Assembly (NCBI GenBank): GCA_036351155.1
Contig: JAZBOO010000222.1
Location: 1-16,006 of the forward strand
Length of the DNA: 16,006 bases
Source: Candidatus Krumholzibacteriia bacterium
GTDB lineage: Bacteria > Krumholzibacteriota > Krumholzibacteriia > LZORAL124-64-63
Direction of reading: 5' to 3'
The position numbers and the translations under genes are program-made. This document shows positions 7,026 through 16,005 of the stretch, piece after piece; within the stretch, counting starts at the first letter, position 1, and every line of letters starts with the position of its first letter. The notes beneath the pieces are model-generated. The model was not told the origin of the DNA. It searched no databases and saw only the letters and a list, made by a program, of their open reading frames with translations.

Positions 7026-8533
7026 GGAACACCTTCCCCAAACTGATACTCAAGGTCTTTCAGGCCACCTGGAAACACAGAGCGGTCTACATGAAAGACA
7101 AAGCGGCCATCGACAATCGGAATGGGGACCTTACTCTCGGATAGTCCCCACGCATAATGAGCAATCATGGTGTTTGTGTATAGATCATAAACACCGACCT
7201 CTTCCGAGGAAGCCCTGATGAGAATCCTTTCGCCCTCATAGGGATGGTTGTCGATCAACTGCTCGAAAAGAATGCTGCGATATCCCTCGGATGTCGGACC
7301 ACGCATCGCGAGTGTCATCTCGGGAGTGACAAAGCCCAAAGACCTGTTCCCGGGAAGCGGCTGAAATGCCACGGGGCCGTCGGTCAGATCAAGTCCCTGG
7401 GCCCCTGGTCCCGCCGCGCCTTCATGCGGCTGCAATTCCAGGTACTGGAGCCATTCCGTTTCAACCGGAAGATCGCCCCTGTTGATCTTCATCCCCGCAA
7501 CTGCTTGCCCGTCGCCTCCATACTTTTTGTATAGGGCGAGATACCCCGAGATCCCCAGATGATCCAGGAGGAATCTATTATAGGGCGCACTGCCGGGGTA
7601 AGATAAGGAGGCATTCTGTGAATAAAAGCCAGAAGCATCCAGCATCTCGTCGAGTGAAATCCATCCCGACCGATTGAGAGACAGCCCCAGCTGCTGGAGA
7701 ATTTCCGGGGACTTTCCGCCCCGTCCCCCCACCGCGACGGCAAATCCCTCGAGTAAGAATGGGTGAGTATACAGGTGGGGCTTTTTAAGTTTGAAATTGA
7801 TGAGAAGATGAGCGAGTTCGTGAAAATGGGCACTGTAAGTCGATACGATGATGTCGTGGGAGACAATATACATTCCCCGGGCGACATGCCCTGTGAGCTC
7901 CCGGATTTCATCGGCGTTCCTGCAGAAGCAGTAGTAGATCTTTTCTTTCGAAAGCTGGTCCAGATCCTTGTCCGTCATCCCGAGCAGCATGGCCTGTTCG
8001 GCAAGAAAGGACTCCAGCGCCTCTATATTGGCCACATGGAATAGTGAACTGTCACTGATGAAGAACCGAAAATGGGTTGAATCAACAATTTTCCAATCAC
8101 CTACGCCATGAAGAATCGAGGAAATAACCTTGCTGTCCCGGAAAATCCAGCTCTTCGTCACTGCGGGATCATGTGGGAACAGGATAAGCCGAGAGTGTCG
8201 ATCATCAAGCTCCTCTATCGTGAACTGACCATCAATCCCGCCCTGACGCAGGAGGTCGCGGGCTTGCATGGATAAATCCCAGGATATCAAAGGCTTGCAA
8301 GGGGCTTCGGGATAGCTGATACCCAGCCGACCGGCAACCTCCAGGTCTTCGGCGTCAATGAACTCCTCCATGGAATTCGGGTGATCCAGCAAGCCTCGAA
8401 GGAAGGCGCCCGCTCTATCGGGATCCAGGGGGGAAGCCACGGCCTGTACGCACAGAAAGGACAAGAGGATGGTCAGGCCCGGAAACAACCGGACAGGTTT
8501 TGTGGAAGACCAAGGCCAATGTATTTTTTGCAT
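7022..8533 (-). CDS. Secreted gluzincin-type (peptidase MA-like) zinc metallopeptidase, ~503 aa
   Basis: HELAH followed downstream by FLLEGFAVA (HExxH plus Glu third ligand); signal-like N-terminus ending AVA-S. Start 8533, 8545 or 8584 uncertain. Confidence 0.75.
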   Translation of the reverse strand: MQKIHWPWSSTKPVRLFPGLTILLSFLCVQAVASPLDPDRAGAFLRGLLDHPNSMEEFIDAEDLEVAGRLGISYPEAPCKPLISWDLSMQARDLLRQGGIDGQFTIEELDDRHSRLILFPHDPAVTKSWIFRDSKVISSILHGVGDWKIVDSTHFRFFISDSSLFHVANIEALESFLAEQAMLLGMTDKDLDQLSKEKIYYCFCRNADEIRELTGHVARGMYIVSHDIIVSTYSAHFHELAHLLINFKLKKPHLYTHPFLLEGFAVAVGGRGGKSPEILQQLGLSLNRSGWISLDEMLDASGFYSQNASLSYPGSAPYNRFLLDHLGISGYLALYKKYGGDGQAVAGMKINRGDLPVETEWLQYLELQPHEGAAGPGAQGLDLTDGPVAFQPLPGNRSLGFVTPEMTLAMRGPTSEGYRSILFEQLIDNHPYEGERILIRASSEEVGVYDLYTNTMIAHYAWGLSESKVPIPIVDGRFVFHVDRSVFPGGLKDLEYQFGEGVP

Positions 8534-8681
8534 GTGGGCGCCCATATTTTCAGATTTTATTGCGCGTGCAAACGTTGATTTCACAGGTCAACTCCGCCCT
8601 GGATTCGGTCTTGGTATCCCAAACCCGGGGACACTGGACCAGTCGTTTTCCGTCAACTTAATGGCCGTCCTGGTTGGGTGC

Positions 8682-9236
8682 TCATTCTTCCTGTCCTTTC
8701 CGAGGATCTGGCCTTGCTTCGATCCTGTATCGTGTTCCCAGCAGAGAAAAAGTATCAACTTCGCATTGGGATATTTCAGGAAGCTCGAGATTTGGGTTCA
8801 CCACCAGGGGTGTTCCCAGTTGAAATCGTTCCTCCATAGCGTATTGTGTTTCCCTGGTCCTTGAGCAGGTGTTGACCCAGAATATTCCTGGGTTGGAATA
8901 ATGATGTTTTGCAAAGACCACGAACTGTTCCCCATCTCGGAACCAGGTATTGTGACGGTCGGGGTGGGTCATGATTCTTACTTCTGACCTGAGTTCACCC
9001 TTCCAGATTTGCCCCACTTCAAAAATCCAAACCGTCACACCCTGGCTTCCATTATCGATCTCTCCCGGTTCGAGATTTCGGTGGGATTTCACGAGACCGG
9101 AAAAGACCAGATCCGATTCCTGCCGCTCCCATTCCACCGAGGGGAGTTGTACGCACAAGGTCGCGAATACCGGCAGGCCGGCGACCATGAATAATCCGGC
9201 GAAAATATGTGCCCTGAAGCCCAACAAAAACCTCAT
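8682..9236 (-). CDS. Secreted TIMP/NTR-like domain protein, 184 aa
   Basis: GGGAGG RBS; signal peptide; SDLVFSGLV, FEVGQIWKG, FRDGEQFVVFA and NTCSRT follow the bacterial TIMP-like pattern as I recall it. Confidence 0.7.
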   Translation of the reverse strand: MRFLLGFRAHIFAGLFMVAGLPVFATLCVQLPSVEWERQESDLVFSGLVKSHRNLEPGEIDNGSQGVTVWIFEVGQIWKGELRSEVRIMTHPDRHNTWFRDGEQFVVFAKHHYSNPGIFWVNTCSRTRETQYAMEERFQLGTPLVVNPNLELPEISQCEVDTFSLLGTRYRIEARPDPRKGQEE

Positions 9237-9282
9237 TTCGCCTCCCTTGAAAGCCCAATGGTTGAGCGAAAAAAATCAACCG

Positions 9283-9837
9283 TCAGAAAACCGTGACTAC
9301 CCCCAATTGCAGTCGCCGGTCCGTCACCAGGTGGCTATCGTCGCTGGTGAAACCCCGCTCGATGGACAACAGGGCACCAATTCTCTTGCTACCAACGTTC
9401 TTGGCAACAATCACGGAGATTTCCCCGAATACCTCGGCCGAAGCGACTCCGGCGCCCCACTCCGAGTAGATGGACTCGTTATGTATCCCGGGCCCGAGAA
9501 GTACCTGGACCGAGTAGTTTTGGCCTCGCCAGGTCTTCACACCGGCAAGGAACGCGTTTGAGGCGTGAATGTAGCTGTCATAGGATCGATTCAGCCCAGC
9601 ATGGTAGTCGGCCCCGTGGTAGAGGACCTTGACCTTGACGAAGAGCGGGACCCTGGACAGGCGCACCGGAAGGAGAATCCCTCCAGTCACTCCATTGGGA
9701 CTGACGTTGTAGAAGTCGTTTTCGCCCTGAGTGACGAAGTGACTAACCCCTGTAAAAACCCCGAGGCGTTCACTAGCCAGGGAAATTGTGGCATTTCCGG
9801 TCATCAAAAGAAGAATGACAAACAGGCATCTTTTCAT
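9283..9837 (-). CDS. Exported hypothetical protein, possible small outer-membrane beta-barrel, ~184 aa
   Basis: Signal peptide MKRCLFVILLLMTGNATISLA; amphipathic beta strands; terminal LQLGVVTVF ending in Phe. Confidence 0.7.
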   Translation of the reverse strand: MKRCLFVILLLMTGNATISLASERLGVFTGVSHFVTQGENDFYNVSPNGVTGGILLPVRLSRVPLFVKVKVLYHGADYHAGLNRSYDSYIHASNAFLAGVKTWRGQNYSVQVLLGPGIHNESIYSEWGAGVASAEVFGEISVIVAKNVGSKRIGALLSIERGFTSDDSHLVTDRRLQLGVVTVF

Positions 9838-9841
9838 GGGG

Positions 9842-10990
9842 CTACTCTTTCGTCTTGCAGTCGCCATTTTGATAGATAACGGCTTCATCATCGACAACAA
9901 CTTCCTCCAGCCACTCCTCTACCAGACTGGTGCACAGAGCTTCATTGTGCGAGAACCTTACATACCGGACCGATTCGATGCTGGAGAGGCCGTTCAGCGA
10001 CTCAAGCAATGGATTTTCCTGGATAATGAGATATTCCACGCGCTGCAGAGCGGAAAGCCCCTCGAGATCATCGAGGGTGGGCATTTCAAAGATGGCGAGT
10101 CTGTCAAGACTTTCTCTTTCTCCAAAACCGACCAAGCTGTCCAGGGGTAACCTGCCCAGGGTTATCTTGCTGATAACGACACTGGCAAAGGCGCTTAAAT
10201 CAGGTGCTGGCAGATCCACCAAAGACAGTTCTGTACAGGTGTCCAGGTCCGCGAAGGCGGTGAAGTCCGTAATATTGGCGCAGTCGTTGATCGCCAGTTG
10301 CTGAACATTTCTCAACGTTCTGAGTGGCGATATGTCTGCCAATGCCGGGTTCTGATCGAGCTTCAATGCACTGGTCGATGACAGGTTGTTCAAGCCGTTG
10401 AGCGACGACAATCTGGCGTTTCCCGAGATTTCAATACCCAGTCCAGATTTTCCATTGAGCTGGGTCATATTCTCAAGCCCACTCAGATCCATCAAGGAAT
10501 CGTTGTTTGCGATTTGCAGATATTTAACTGGCGCGAAATCTATGGCCTGCAATCCATTCAGGTTTTTCAAGCGATCGTTATCCTGAACATACAGGTTGCC
10601 AACGCTTGCCAGGTTTTGCAAGGGGGCGAGGGTTCTGATGTTGTCGTTGTGACCAACAAAAAAATCTTTTCCCACCGAACGCAGATTGGCCAGGGACGCC
10701 AAAGATTCGAGGGAATCGATGTTATCTATTCTCAACGAACCGGAAACCATGATCAGATCCTTGAGTGGGCTCAGGTCCACCACAGGATCATCAACCGGCA
10801 TGGAGGGATACTTCTCGATGCGCAAGGAACCCAGGATTTGCTGTGTGCCCACCAGCTGATCCAGATCGGACTGCGAGTAGACGTAGAAGCTCCCCACCTC
10901 AATACGCAACGGGACGGAATCCTCACCGCAGCCTGCTACACCAAAGGACATGACAAACAGCACCAAAAGAAACACACGCAAACTGATCAT
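9842..10990 (-). CDS. Receptor-L-domain / leucine-rich-repeat lipoprotein, ~382 aa
   Basis: GGAGG RBS; lipobox VAGC; repeated LxIxxNxxLxxLxGLxxL units; C-terminal NEALC cap. Confidence 0.88.
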   Translation of the reverse strand: MISLRVFLLVLFVMSFGVAGCGEDSVPLRIEVGSFYVYSQSDLDQLVGTQQILGSLRIEKYPSMPVDDPVVDLSPLKDLIMVSGSLRIDNIDSLESLASLANLRSVGKDFFVGHNDNIRTLAPLQNLASVGNLYVQDNDRLKNLNGLQAIDFAPVKYLQIANNDSLMDLSGLENMTQLNGKSGLGIEISGNARLSSLNGLNNLSSTSALKLDQNPALADISPLRTLRNVQQLAINDCANITDFTAFADLDTCTELSLVDLPAPDLSAFASVVISKITLGRLPLDSLVGFGERESLDRLAIFEMPTLDDLEGLSALQRVEYLIIQENPLLESLNGLSSIESVRYVRFSHNEALCTSLVEEWLEEVVVDDEAVIYQNGDCKTKE

Positions 10991-11038
10991 CGATTCCTCC
11001 ATCAATCAATGAAACTCAACGAACCAGAACCAGGCGTG

Positions 11039-11107
11039 TCACTTCCACCGTTTCCATGCTTGCTCACTCGTGTTCGTGACACCAAGCACCAGAAGACCGA
11101 ATTTCAT
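11039..11107 (-). other. 22-aa mini-ORF or gene-start remnant MKFGLLVLGVTNTSEQAWKRWK
   Basis: Strong GGAGGAG RBS; ATGA overlap with the stop at 11104; begins like a signal peptide and then breaks off. Confidence 0.35.
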
Positions 11108-11729
11108 CTCTGCTCCTCCAGGAGATATGTCCCATCAGCAATCTGCCCCACCAGATCTCCTCCATGGGTGCCCAGGGCGGTCAACATTTCCTCGGTTGTC
11201 ATGATGTCCAAGGCGGGTTCAGACCAGCAATCTTCTTCACAGGGATCTATCGACCACAGGGTTCAATGATACTGGATGAGTCAAGGCGCAGCTCACCCCG
11301 AACAAAGGGACCATAACCACAAGAGACCAGCGCATAAGTGCGCGCATCTCCTGCATCGTTGCTGGTAACCGGGCTCAGGCTTTCGTCGACGTTGACGAAG
11401 TAGGGAGTGTATCGGTATACCACGCCTTCGTGAGGAAAGCCGAGGTCCACGGATGCCGTGCAACTCACCAATAATCCATTGAAGTCCTCGATACTATAGG
11501 AAATGGGCTCTTCGGGCACATAAACAGCGTCATCACATAAACCGATGGTTTCTCGCTTGAAGACAAACCCTGTGGCACTCTCGGCATACTCACCGGAAAC
11601 AATGGTGTGGATACTCAGGTGGTGCATTCCTTCCTGGCATTCACCTGTCGCGCCGCCCAGGCAGACTCCGCAGGTCAGGCAAGACATGACCAGCATGGCC
11701 ATCGCCAACAACTTCCGTACTTTCGACAT
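11104..11729 (-). pseudogene. Frameshifted secreted Cys-rich protein, distant paralogue of 5701-6384
   Basis: Frame 1 (ATG 11729, signal peptide) stops at 11247. A shifted frame from 11259 continues LWSIDPCEEDCWSE...DLVGQIADGTYLLEEQR* to 11104. YALVSCG..FVRG..CEEDCW parallels YAFPAGCG..MARG..CEDHCW. Confidence 0.65.
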
Positions 11730-11778
11730 TTCCCTCTCCCCCTTGGCTGATGTCGGGTGCAAGCACTTGTTCAATTGA

Positions 11779-12951
11779 TCAGTCTGGCAATACCTCCACC
11801 TGCCAGACGTTACCGCCCCACGTCAACGCCTCGGTCCAGGCCCCCGCCCCATCACGCGCCATCACGGCGAAAAGGTATCGTCCGCCCACGTGCTCCGGAC
11901 CCAGGTTCAAGGCGGGCGGGATCTGGGACTGGGGATCGTATTGCTGCCATTCGCTCCACAATGATCCGGCCACTGCCGCCAGCGGATCGAGCAGTTCGTA
12001 TTCCGCCTGTGTCAAGCAGGCGTCAATGCCCAGGTCGGACAGGCTCACCAGCAGGGTGCGGGTCTCCAGCAGGGCATCCGCCGGGCTGTCGGAATCCGAC
12101 GCGGTCCAGGTGAAGGAGATAGGCAAAGGAAGCTCGAGGCAACCATCTGGCATCGGGTCAACTGAGGGCGAAACCGTCACCTGGACTTCGGGGGCCTCGG
12201 TAACAGCCGTGAAACTGACATAAGCGGGGCTCGGATCCTCCGCGCCCAGATTGTCCACGGCCTTGATCCAGAATGTGTGGGCCCGGAAAAAGATGTGCGG
12301 ACCGGTGTCCTCCGGATCGCGCGGAGCCGGCTGATCTGCGGACACAGAAAAAACAGAGTCGGTGGCGGTCGTGAAGTTCCAGGGTAGCCCCAGGGTGTCG
12401 GACTCGTCGATGATGCCGACTTGACCATTGTCACTCAGGCGCCAGCGGAAGCCTATCACTTCACCATCGGGGTCGCTGCCGGTCCAGGCGAAGTGGACAG
12501 GGTTGTTCTCATGCGGCGGATGCGTTGTATGAGTACTGGGCAGCTCGTTGGGCACAATCAGAGTGGTGAAGGTGGTGTCTGCTGCGAAAGCCGTGTCTTG
12601 CCCAGCCACCGCCACCATCCGCCACCAGTGCACCTTGTCGGGATCAAGCCCAGTCAGGTTGTATTCCACGCGCACGGAACCGGCCATGTCGCCGGCATCC
12701 AGATCAGGTGTCCGCGCACCGAACGTGATGTCGTTGCCGTAGTCGAACCAGCAGACGGTCGAGCGACCGTGGCCATCAACCCAGCCTCCGAGGGTGACGG
12801 CCTGATGAGTGATTTCTGAAACGTCCTGGCCCAGGATCGCAGGCGGTTCCAGTTGTGGAGGTGTGGTGGGGTCGTCCTCCGAGCAGGAGGACAGCAGGAC
12901 GATGCCTGCCAGAAGCGCCGGGAACAGAATAATGAGCAACGAACGGAACAA
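11779..12951 (-). CDS. Lipoprotein with FN3/Ig-like beta-sandwich modules, ~390 aa
   Basis: Lipobox LSSC; FN3-like LTGLDPDKVHWWRMVA; two related modules (VHFAWTGSDPDG..HTFWIKAVDNLGA and ISFTWTASDSDS..YLFAVMARDGAGA). TTG 12951 has RBS GAAGGAG; ATG 12975 is the alternative start. Confidence 0.85.
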   Translation of the reverse strand: MFRSLLIILFPALLAGIVLLSSCSEDDPTTPPQLEPPAILGQDVSEITHQAVTLGGWVDGHGRSTVCWFDYGNDITFGARTPDLDAGDMAGSVRVEYNLTGLDPDKVHWWRMVAVAGQDTAFAADTTFTTLIVPNELPSTHTTHPPHENNPVHFAWTGSDPDGEVIGFRWRLSDNGQVGIIDESDTLGLPWNFTTATDSVFSVSADQPAPRDPEDTGPHIFFRAHTFWIKAVDNLGAEDPSPAYVSFTAVTEAPEVQVTVSPSVDPMPDGCLELPLPISFTWTASDSDSPADALLETRTLLVSLSDLGIDACLTQAEYELLDPLAAVAGSLWSEWQQYDPQSQIPPALNLGPEHVGGRYLFAVMARDGAGAWTEALTWGGNVWQVEVLPD

Positions 12952-12974
12952 GCCTTCTCCTTCGGTGATAGGCA

Positions 12975-13538
12975 TTATGCGGGATTGATTTTACCATTTT
13001 TCGTTCGCTGTGGACTGAGCCCGTAGACGGCATGATCGTAAATATTATCTTCGACCCTCTCCGAATTGGTTATTATTCCCTCAAGCGTCATGCCCAGTCT
13101 CTCACAGATTGCTCGACTACGTTCGTTTTCCTTTGCCGCAGCTATTTCGATTTTCTGGAGTTTGAGTTCCCCAAAGGCGTGATCAATCAGGTGCTGACAT
13201 GCCCGGGTCACAATCCCCCGGCTTTGATGCTCAGATGATACCCAGTACCCGATCTTTGCCTTGCCAAGAGATTGATCTATTTCATTGTAGCCGATGATGC
13301 CAACAATTGTATTGTCCAGGCATATCGCGCAGGCCATACTTTTGCCTTCAGCAAAGGAATTCAGGGAATCCTTTATCCAGGAGTGGATCTGCTCAGCTGA
13401 TTCAGTTGATTTGACCCAGGGCATCCAGGGCATGAGATACTCACGGTTGCGGTCCACCAGTGCGTATATCTCTTCTGCAAGAGATGGTTGTACCAGAGAC
13501 AAGCTCAGCTCGTCGTCAATTCTCTGAGTGAAATTCAC
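12975..13538 (-). CDS. RimJ/RimL-family GNAT N-acetyltransferase, 187 aa
   Basis: NREYLMPWMPW, IGYWVSSEHQSRGIVT, NERSRAICERLG.TLEG, DHAVYGL. GTG start with AAGGAG RBS. Confidence 0.93.
   Translation of the reverse strand: MNFTQRIDDELSLSLVQPSLAEEIYALVDRNREYLMPWMPWVKSTESAEQIHSWIKDSLNSFAEGKSMACAICLDNTIVGIIGYNEIDQSLGKAKIGYWVSSEHQSRGIVTRACQHLIDHAFGELKLQKIEIAAAKENERSRAICERLGMTLEGIITNSERVEDNIYDHAVYGLSPQRTKNGKINPA
12988..12996 (-). promoter_or_regulatory. Extended -10 TGgTAAAAT inside the GNAT 3' end
   Basis: TGn plus 5/6 match to TATAAT, placed about 35 nt before the RBS/TTG of the lipoprotein gene. Confidence 0.45.
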
Positions 13539-13571
13539 AGCGCTCCTTCTGTGGGTTAATGTACAATTATT

Positions 13572-14777
13572 CTAACGGGCATTGGCTTCGCTAACTTCAA
13601 GCAAATAGACCTTCGGCTGACCTTCGAACGTTGTGTCCCCGTACCCGAAGCCCTCAAACCATACCAGGTGGCCATCATTGATTATCTGCAAGTGCCCGTG
13701 CTCGGGCTGGAACGCCGCAGCAATATGGACACGGCGCAGCAGTTGACCATCTTTTGCGAACTCGTCAAAACTGGCAATATGGCCAGGCGGTGGGTCAACA
13801 CCCCAAGGCTCAACCCAGAGATGCCCACTGGGGCGCCACCGCACCCGCCCAATGACAGGATGATGCTTGCTGACCTGACCCAGATCGCTGGCATTCATTT
13901 CCTCGCGGATAGCCTCACGCTCCGCTGAAGTGCGCGGGGTGCCTGGCAGTGGACGCCGCCAGATTTCGCCCTCACCTTGAAGGTTGCCCACGGCGACAGC
14001 CCAGGAGTCCCGCTCCGTGGCAAACGCGATTCTGCCATCCGACGAAAGATCGAATCGACCATAAGCCAAAGTTTCAAACTGTTCGGTCTCCGGCCAGGAC
14101 AAGTCGCGCATGTTCGATTCCCATGGCTGCCGTAGCAGGACCCTTCGGTCACCTTGTGGGCTCGACAACAAGCTGAGCTCACGTATGCAAGTCATTGTTG
14201 GGGGCGACACGATGCTGTGGTCTGTTGCGACAAGCAAACAATCTCCCGCCTGCCTCAGATCCCGCACCACGGTCGTTGGGATAGTACCCGGATCACCGCC
14301 AATCAACCAGTTGCCGGCTGGTTGGTCCTTCTTGTCAATAAATACAAGTTCCCCACGCGCACCGATCACAAAGGTGGGAGCGGGAGCCCCGCTGACACCC
14401 CCCAACCGTCCGTCGGGGAGTTGAATGATGCGGTAGAGTCCCTTGAACTCTCCCGGGCCTTCTCCAGTGCGGCCCCTCAATGCTTCGACTTTCCCCGAAG
14501 CCGATATTTGAAGGATGTGCCCCATGGAAGAGTCGGAAATGAAAAGGCGCCCTTCTGGCCCTGGTGTAGCATGAACCAGTCGGCCGACGAGGGGCTCGGA
14601 GTCTTCACCGCAATCCAATGACCAGATGATTTTGGTTTCCAGGGTGACTCCGGCCGGCGGGCTGTCTGAAAGAGTACGCGTTGGCCAGCCTTCACTTATG
14701 TCGACAGGAAGGAGGCCTGACGCAACAACACTGATGGGGATCATCAGAAATAGAATACAAAGAAGAGTCGCCCTCAT
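13572..14777 (-). CDS. Secreted six-bladed beta-propeller (NHL/TolB-like) protein, ~401 aa
   Basis: Signal peptide MRATLLCILFLMIPISVVA; GRLFISD, GRTGEGPGEF, GHLWV and DEFAKDGQLL propeller motifs. Confidence 0.82.
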   Translation of the reverse strand: MRATLLCILFLMIPISVVASGLLPVDISEGWPTRTLSDSPPAGVTLETKIIWSLDCGEDSEPLVGRLVHATPGPEGRLFISDSSMGHILQISASGKVEALRGRTGEGPGEFKGLYRIIQLPDGRLGGVSGAPAPTFVIGARGELVFIDKKDQPAGNWLIGGDPGTIPTTVVRDLRQAGDCLLVATDHSIVSPPTMTCIRELSLLSSPQGDRRVLLRQPWESNMRDLSWPETEQFETLAYGRFDLSSDGRIAFATERDSWAVAVGNLQGEGEIWRRPLPGTPRTSAEREAIREEMNASDLGQVSKHHPVIGRVRWRPSGHLWVEPWGVDPPPGHIASFDEFAKDGQLLRRVHIAAAFQPEHGHLQIINDGHLVWFEGFGYGDTTFEGQPKVYLLEVSEANAR

Positions 14778-14796
14778 TTCCCCCCCCCTTGGCTTT

Positions 14797-15459
14797 TCAA
14801 GCTTCGACCAGTGAATCCTCAACCCTGATATTGACCAGCAAATACAAGGCCCCCGAAAAAGAAGCGGTGACCAGGTATACCGACAAGAAAGCCGAAACGA
14901 GTAAAGTCACAAAAGTCCATCCAGCCCGATGCTCCGTGAACAATACAAAACCGGAGACTTGAAGAAGCTGGGCAATGACAACCATTCCCACGATCCACCA
15001 GCTGGAACCAATATTCCGCATCAGGAACAATACACCCGAAAAGAGGGCACCAATGCCGGAGCGCCCAAGAAAGATGAGCGGCCAAACAAAAACAATAAGC
15101 GCCCCAAATACCGCCCTGACCAACCCCCGAATATAAATAGGGTGGACGCCCGAAAGTACGGGCCTCAGCAGGAGCACTTGAATGGAGATTGCAATGACTC
15201 CGACAAGCAGTCCCACAATCAGAAATTTGACCCCATACTCTCTCAGGATTTCCCAGAAACCCGAGGCTCGTTCGGGAAACACCTTTGAGACAATGAGACC
15301 AAAGACAAAAATTTGAAGGGTCCAGGATACCACACTCACGGGGATCATCAGGCTCCTGGACACTGTCCCAGTCAGGAGGGCTGGACTAGCTCCAGCCACC
15401 AGGAGGAGCCCCCAATGCGGCAGAGGGGCCAAAAGAGCGGCTTTCATTTTCATATCCAT
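14797..15459 (-). CDS. Multi-pass membrane hypothetical protein (~6 TM), ~220 aa
   Basis: AGGAGG RBS 8 nt before ATG 15459; about six hydrophobic segments. Confidence 0.8.
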   Translation of the reverse strand: MDMKMKAALLAPLPHWGLLLVAGASPALLTGTVSRSLMIPVSVVSWTLQIFVFGLIVSKVFPERASGFWEILREYGVKFLIVGLLVGVIAISIQVLLLRPVLSGVHPIYIRGLVRAVFGALIVFVWPLIFLGRSGIGALFSGVLFLMRNIGSSWWIVGMVVIAQLLQVSGFVLFTEHRAGWTFVTLLVSAFLSVYLVTASFSGALYLLVNIRVEDSLVEA

Positions 15460-15484
15460 GGCCGGCCCTCCTGTTTTCAAGCCC

Positions 15485-15811
15485 TCACTCTCGCTCTCCC
15501 ACTAAATAATCTTGCACCGGGGCCAGTAGAATGGGCTCAAATGACTCCGCTGTTGCTTCTGCCATCAAAGCTGAGGCACTTGGGTCAGCCGGGCCAAGCG
15601 CTCGAGATTTCTCCCAGGCTTGCCGATTGGGCCACTGTGCGTAGGCCACCCATGTCCCGTCGTCAGCGCAATGAAGGCGCGATCCCAGAGCTCCGCGCTC
15701 TGCCATGAACAGCTCGGTTATGGTTGCCCAGGCCTGCTGGAACTGCTCTTCCAATCCCTTGCGAAGTCGCCATCGATAGATGACGGCGAACCCAATTCTC
15801 TGCATGTTCAT
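15485..15811 (-). CDS. Antibiotic biosynthesis monooxygenase (ABM, dimeric alpha-beta barrel) family protein, 108 aa
   Basis: FAVIYRWRLRKGLEEQFQQAW...GALGSRLH...WVAYAQW pattern; GAGG RBS. Confidence 0.88.
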   Translation of the reverse strand: MNMQRIGFAVIYRWRLRKGLEEQFQQAWATITELFMAERGALGSRLHCADDGTWVAYAQWPNRQAWEKSRALGPADPSASALMAEATAESFEPILLAPVQDYLVGERE

Positions 15812-15873
15812 GGTATGACCTCACCATTCCATTTCCATTTTACGTTGGCTTCAGCCGCGCTCACTCTACACCA

Positions 15874-16005
15874 TCAGTACACCCTGTCGAACGACTCACC
15901 ATTGAACCGACACACGCTGCCGTCGGCCATGCCGAACCACATTGCGTCACTCTTGTCCCTGTAGATGGTCCACACCATGGGGCTGGTCAGCCCGTCCTCG
16001 ATGGT
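15874..16005 (-). CDS. 3' end of a two-component-regulator-propeller (Reg_prop) repeat protein, 5'-partial
   Basis: Translated by hand: TIEDGLTSPMVWTIYRDKSDAMWFGMADGSVCRFNGESFDRVY*, matching the DGLxSxxVxxIxxDxxxxxWFG repeat. Confidence 0.8.
   Translation of the reverse strand, partial: TIEDGLTSPMVWTIYRDKSDAMWFGMADGSVCRFNGESFDRVY

Noticed and set aside
303..7047. ATCAGTTTGG (minus strand) at 303-312 and 7038-7047, and AGCCAA near four junctions, as a recombination site
   Set aside because: Short, absent from most junctions, and compatible with chance given the many motifs considered.
9260..9281. GGTTGA-N10-TCAACC intergenic inverted repeat as a terminator
   Set aside because: Only a 6-bp stem, with the T-run in the loop rather than after it.
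10514..11269. 251-aa + strand ORF and the other + strand ORFs opposite minus-strand genes
   Set aside because: Antisense shadows of well-supported genes in GC-rich DNA, with no protein-like features.
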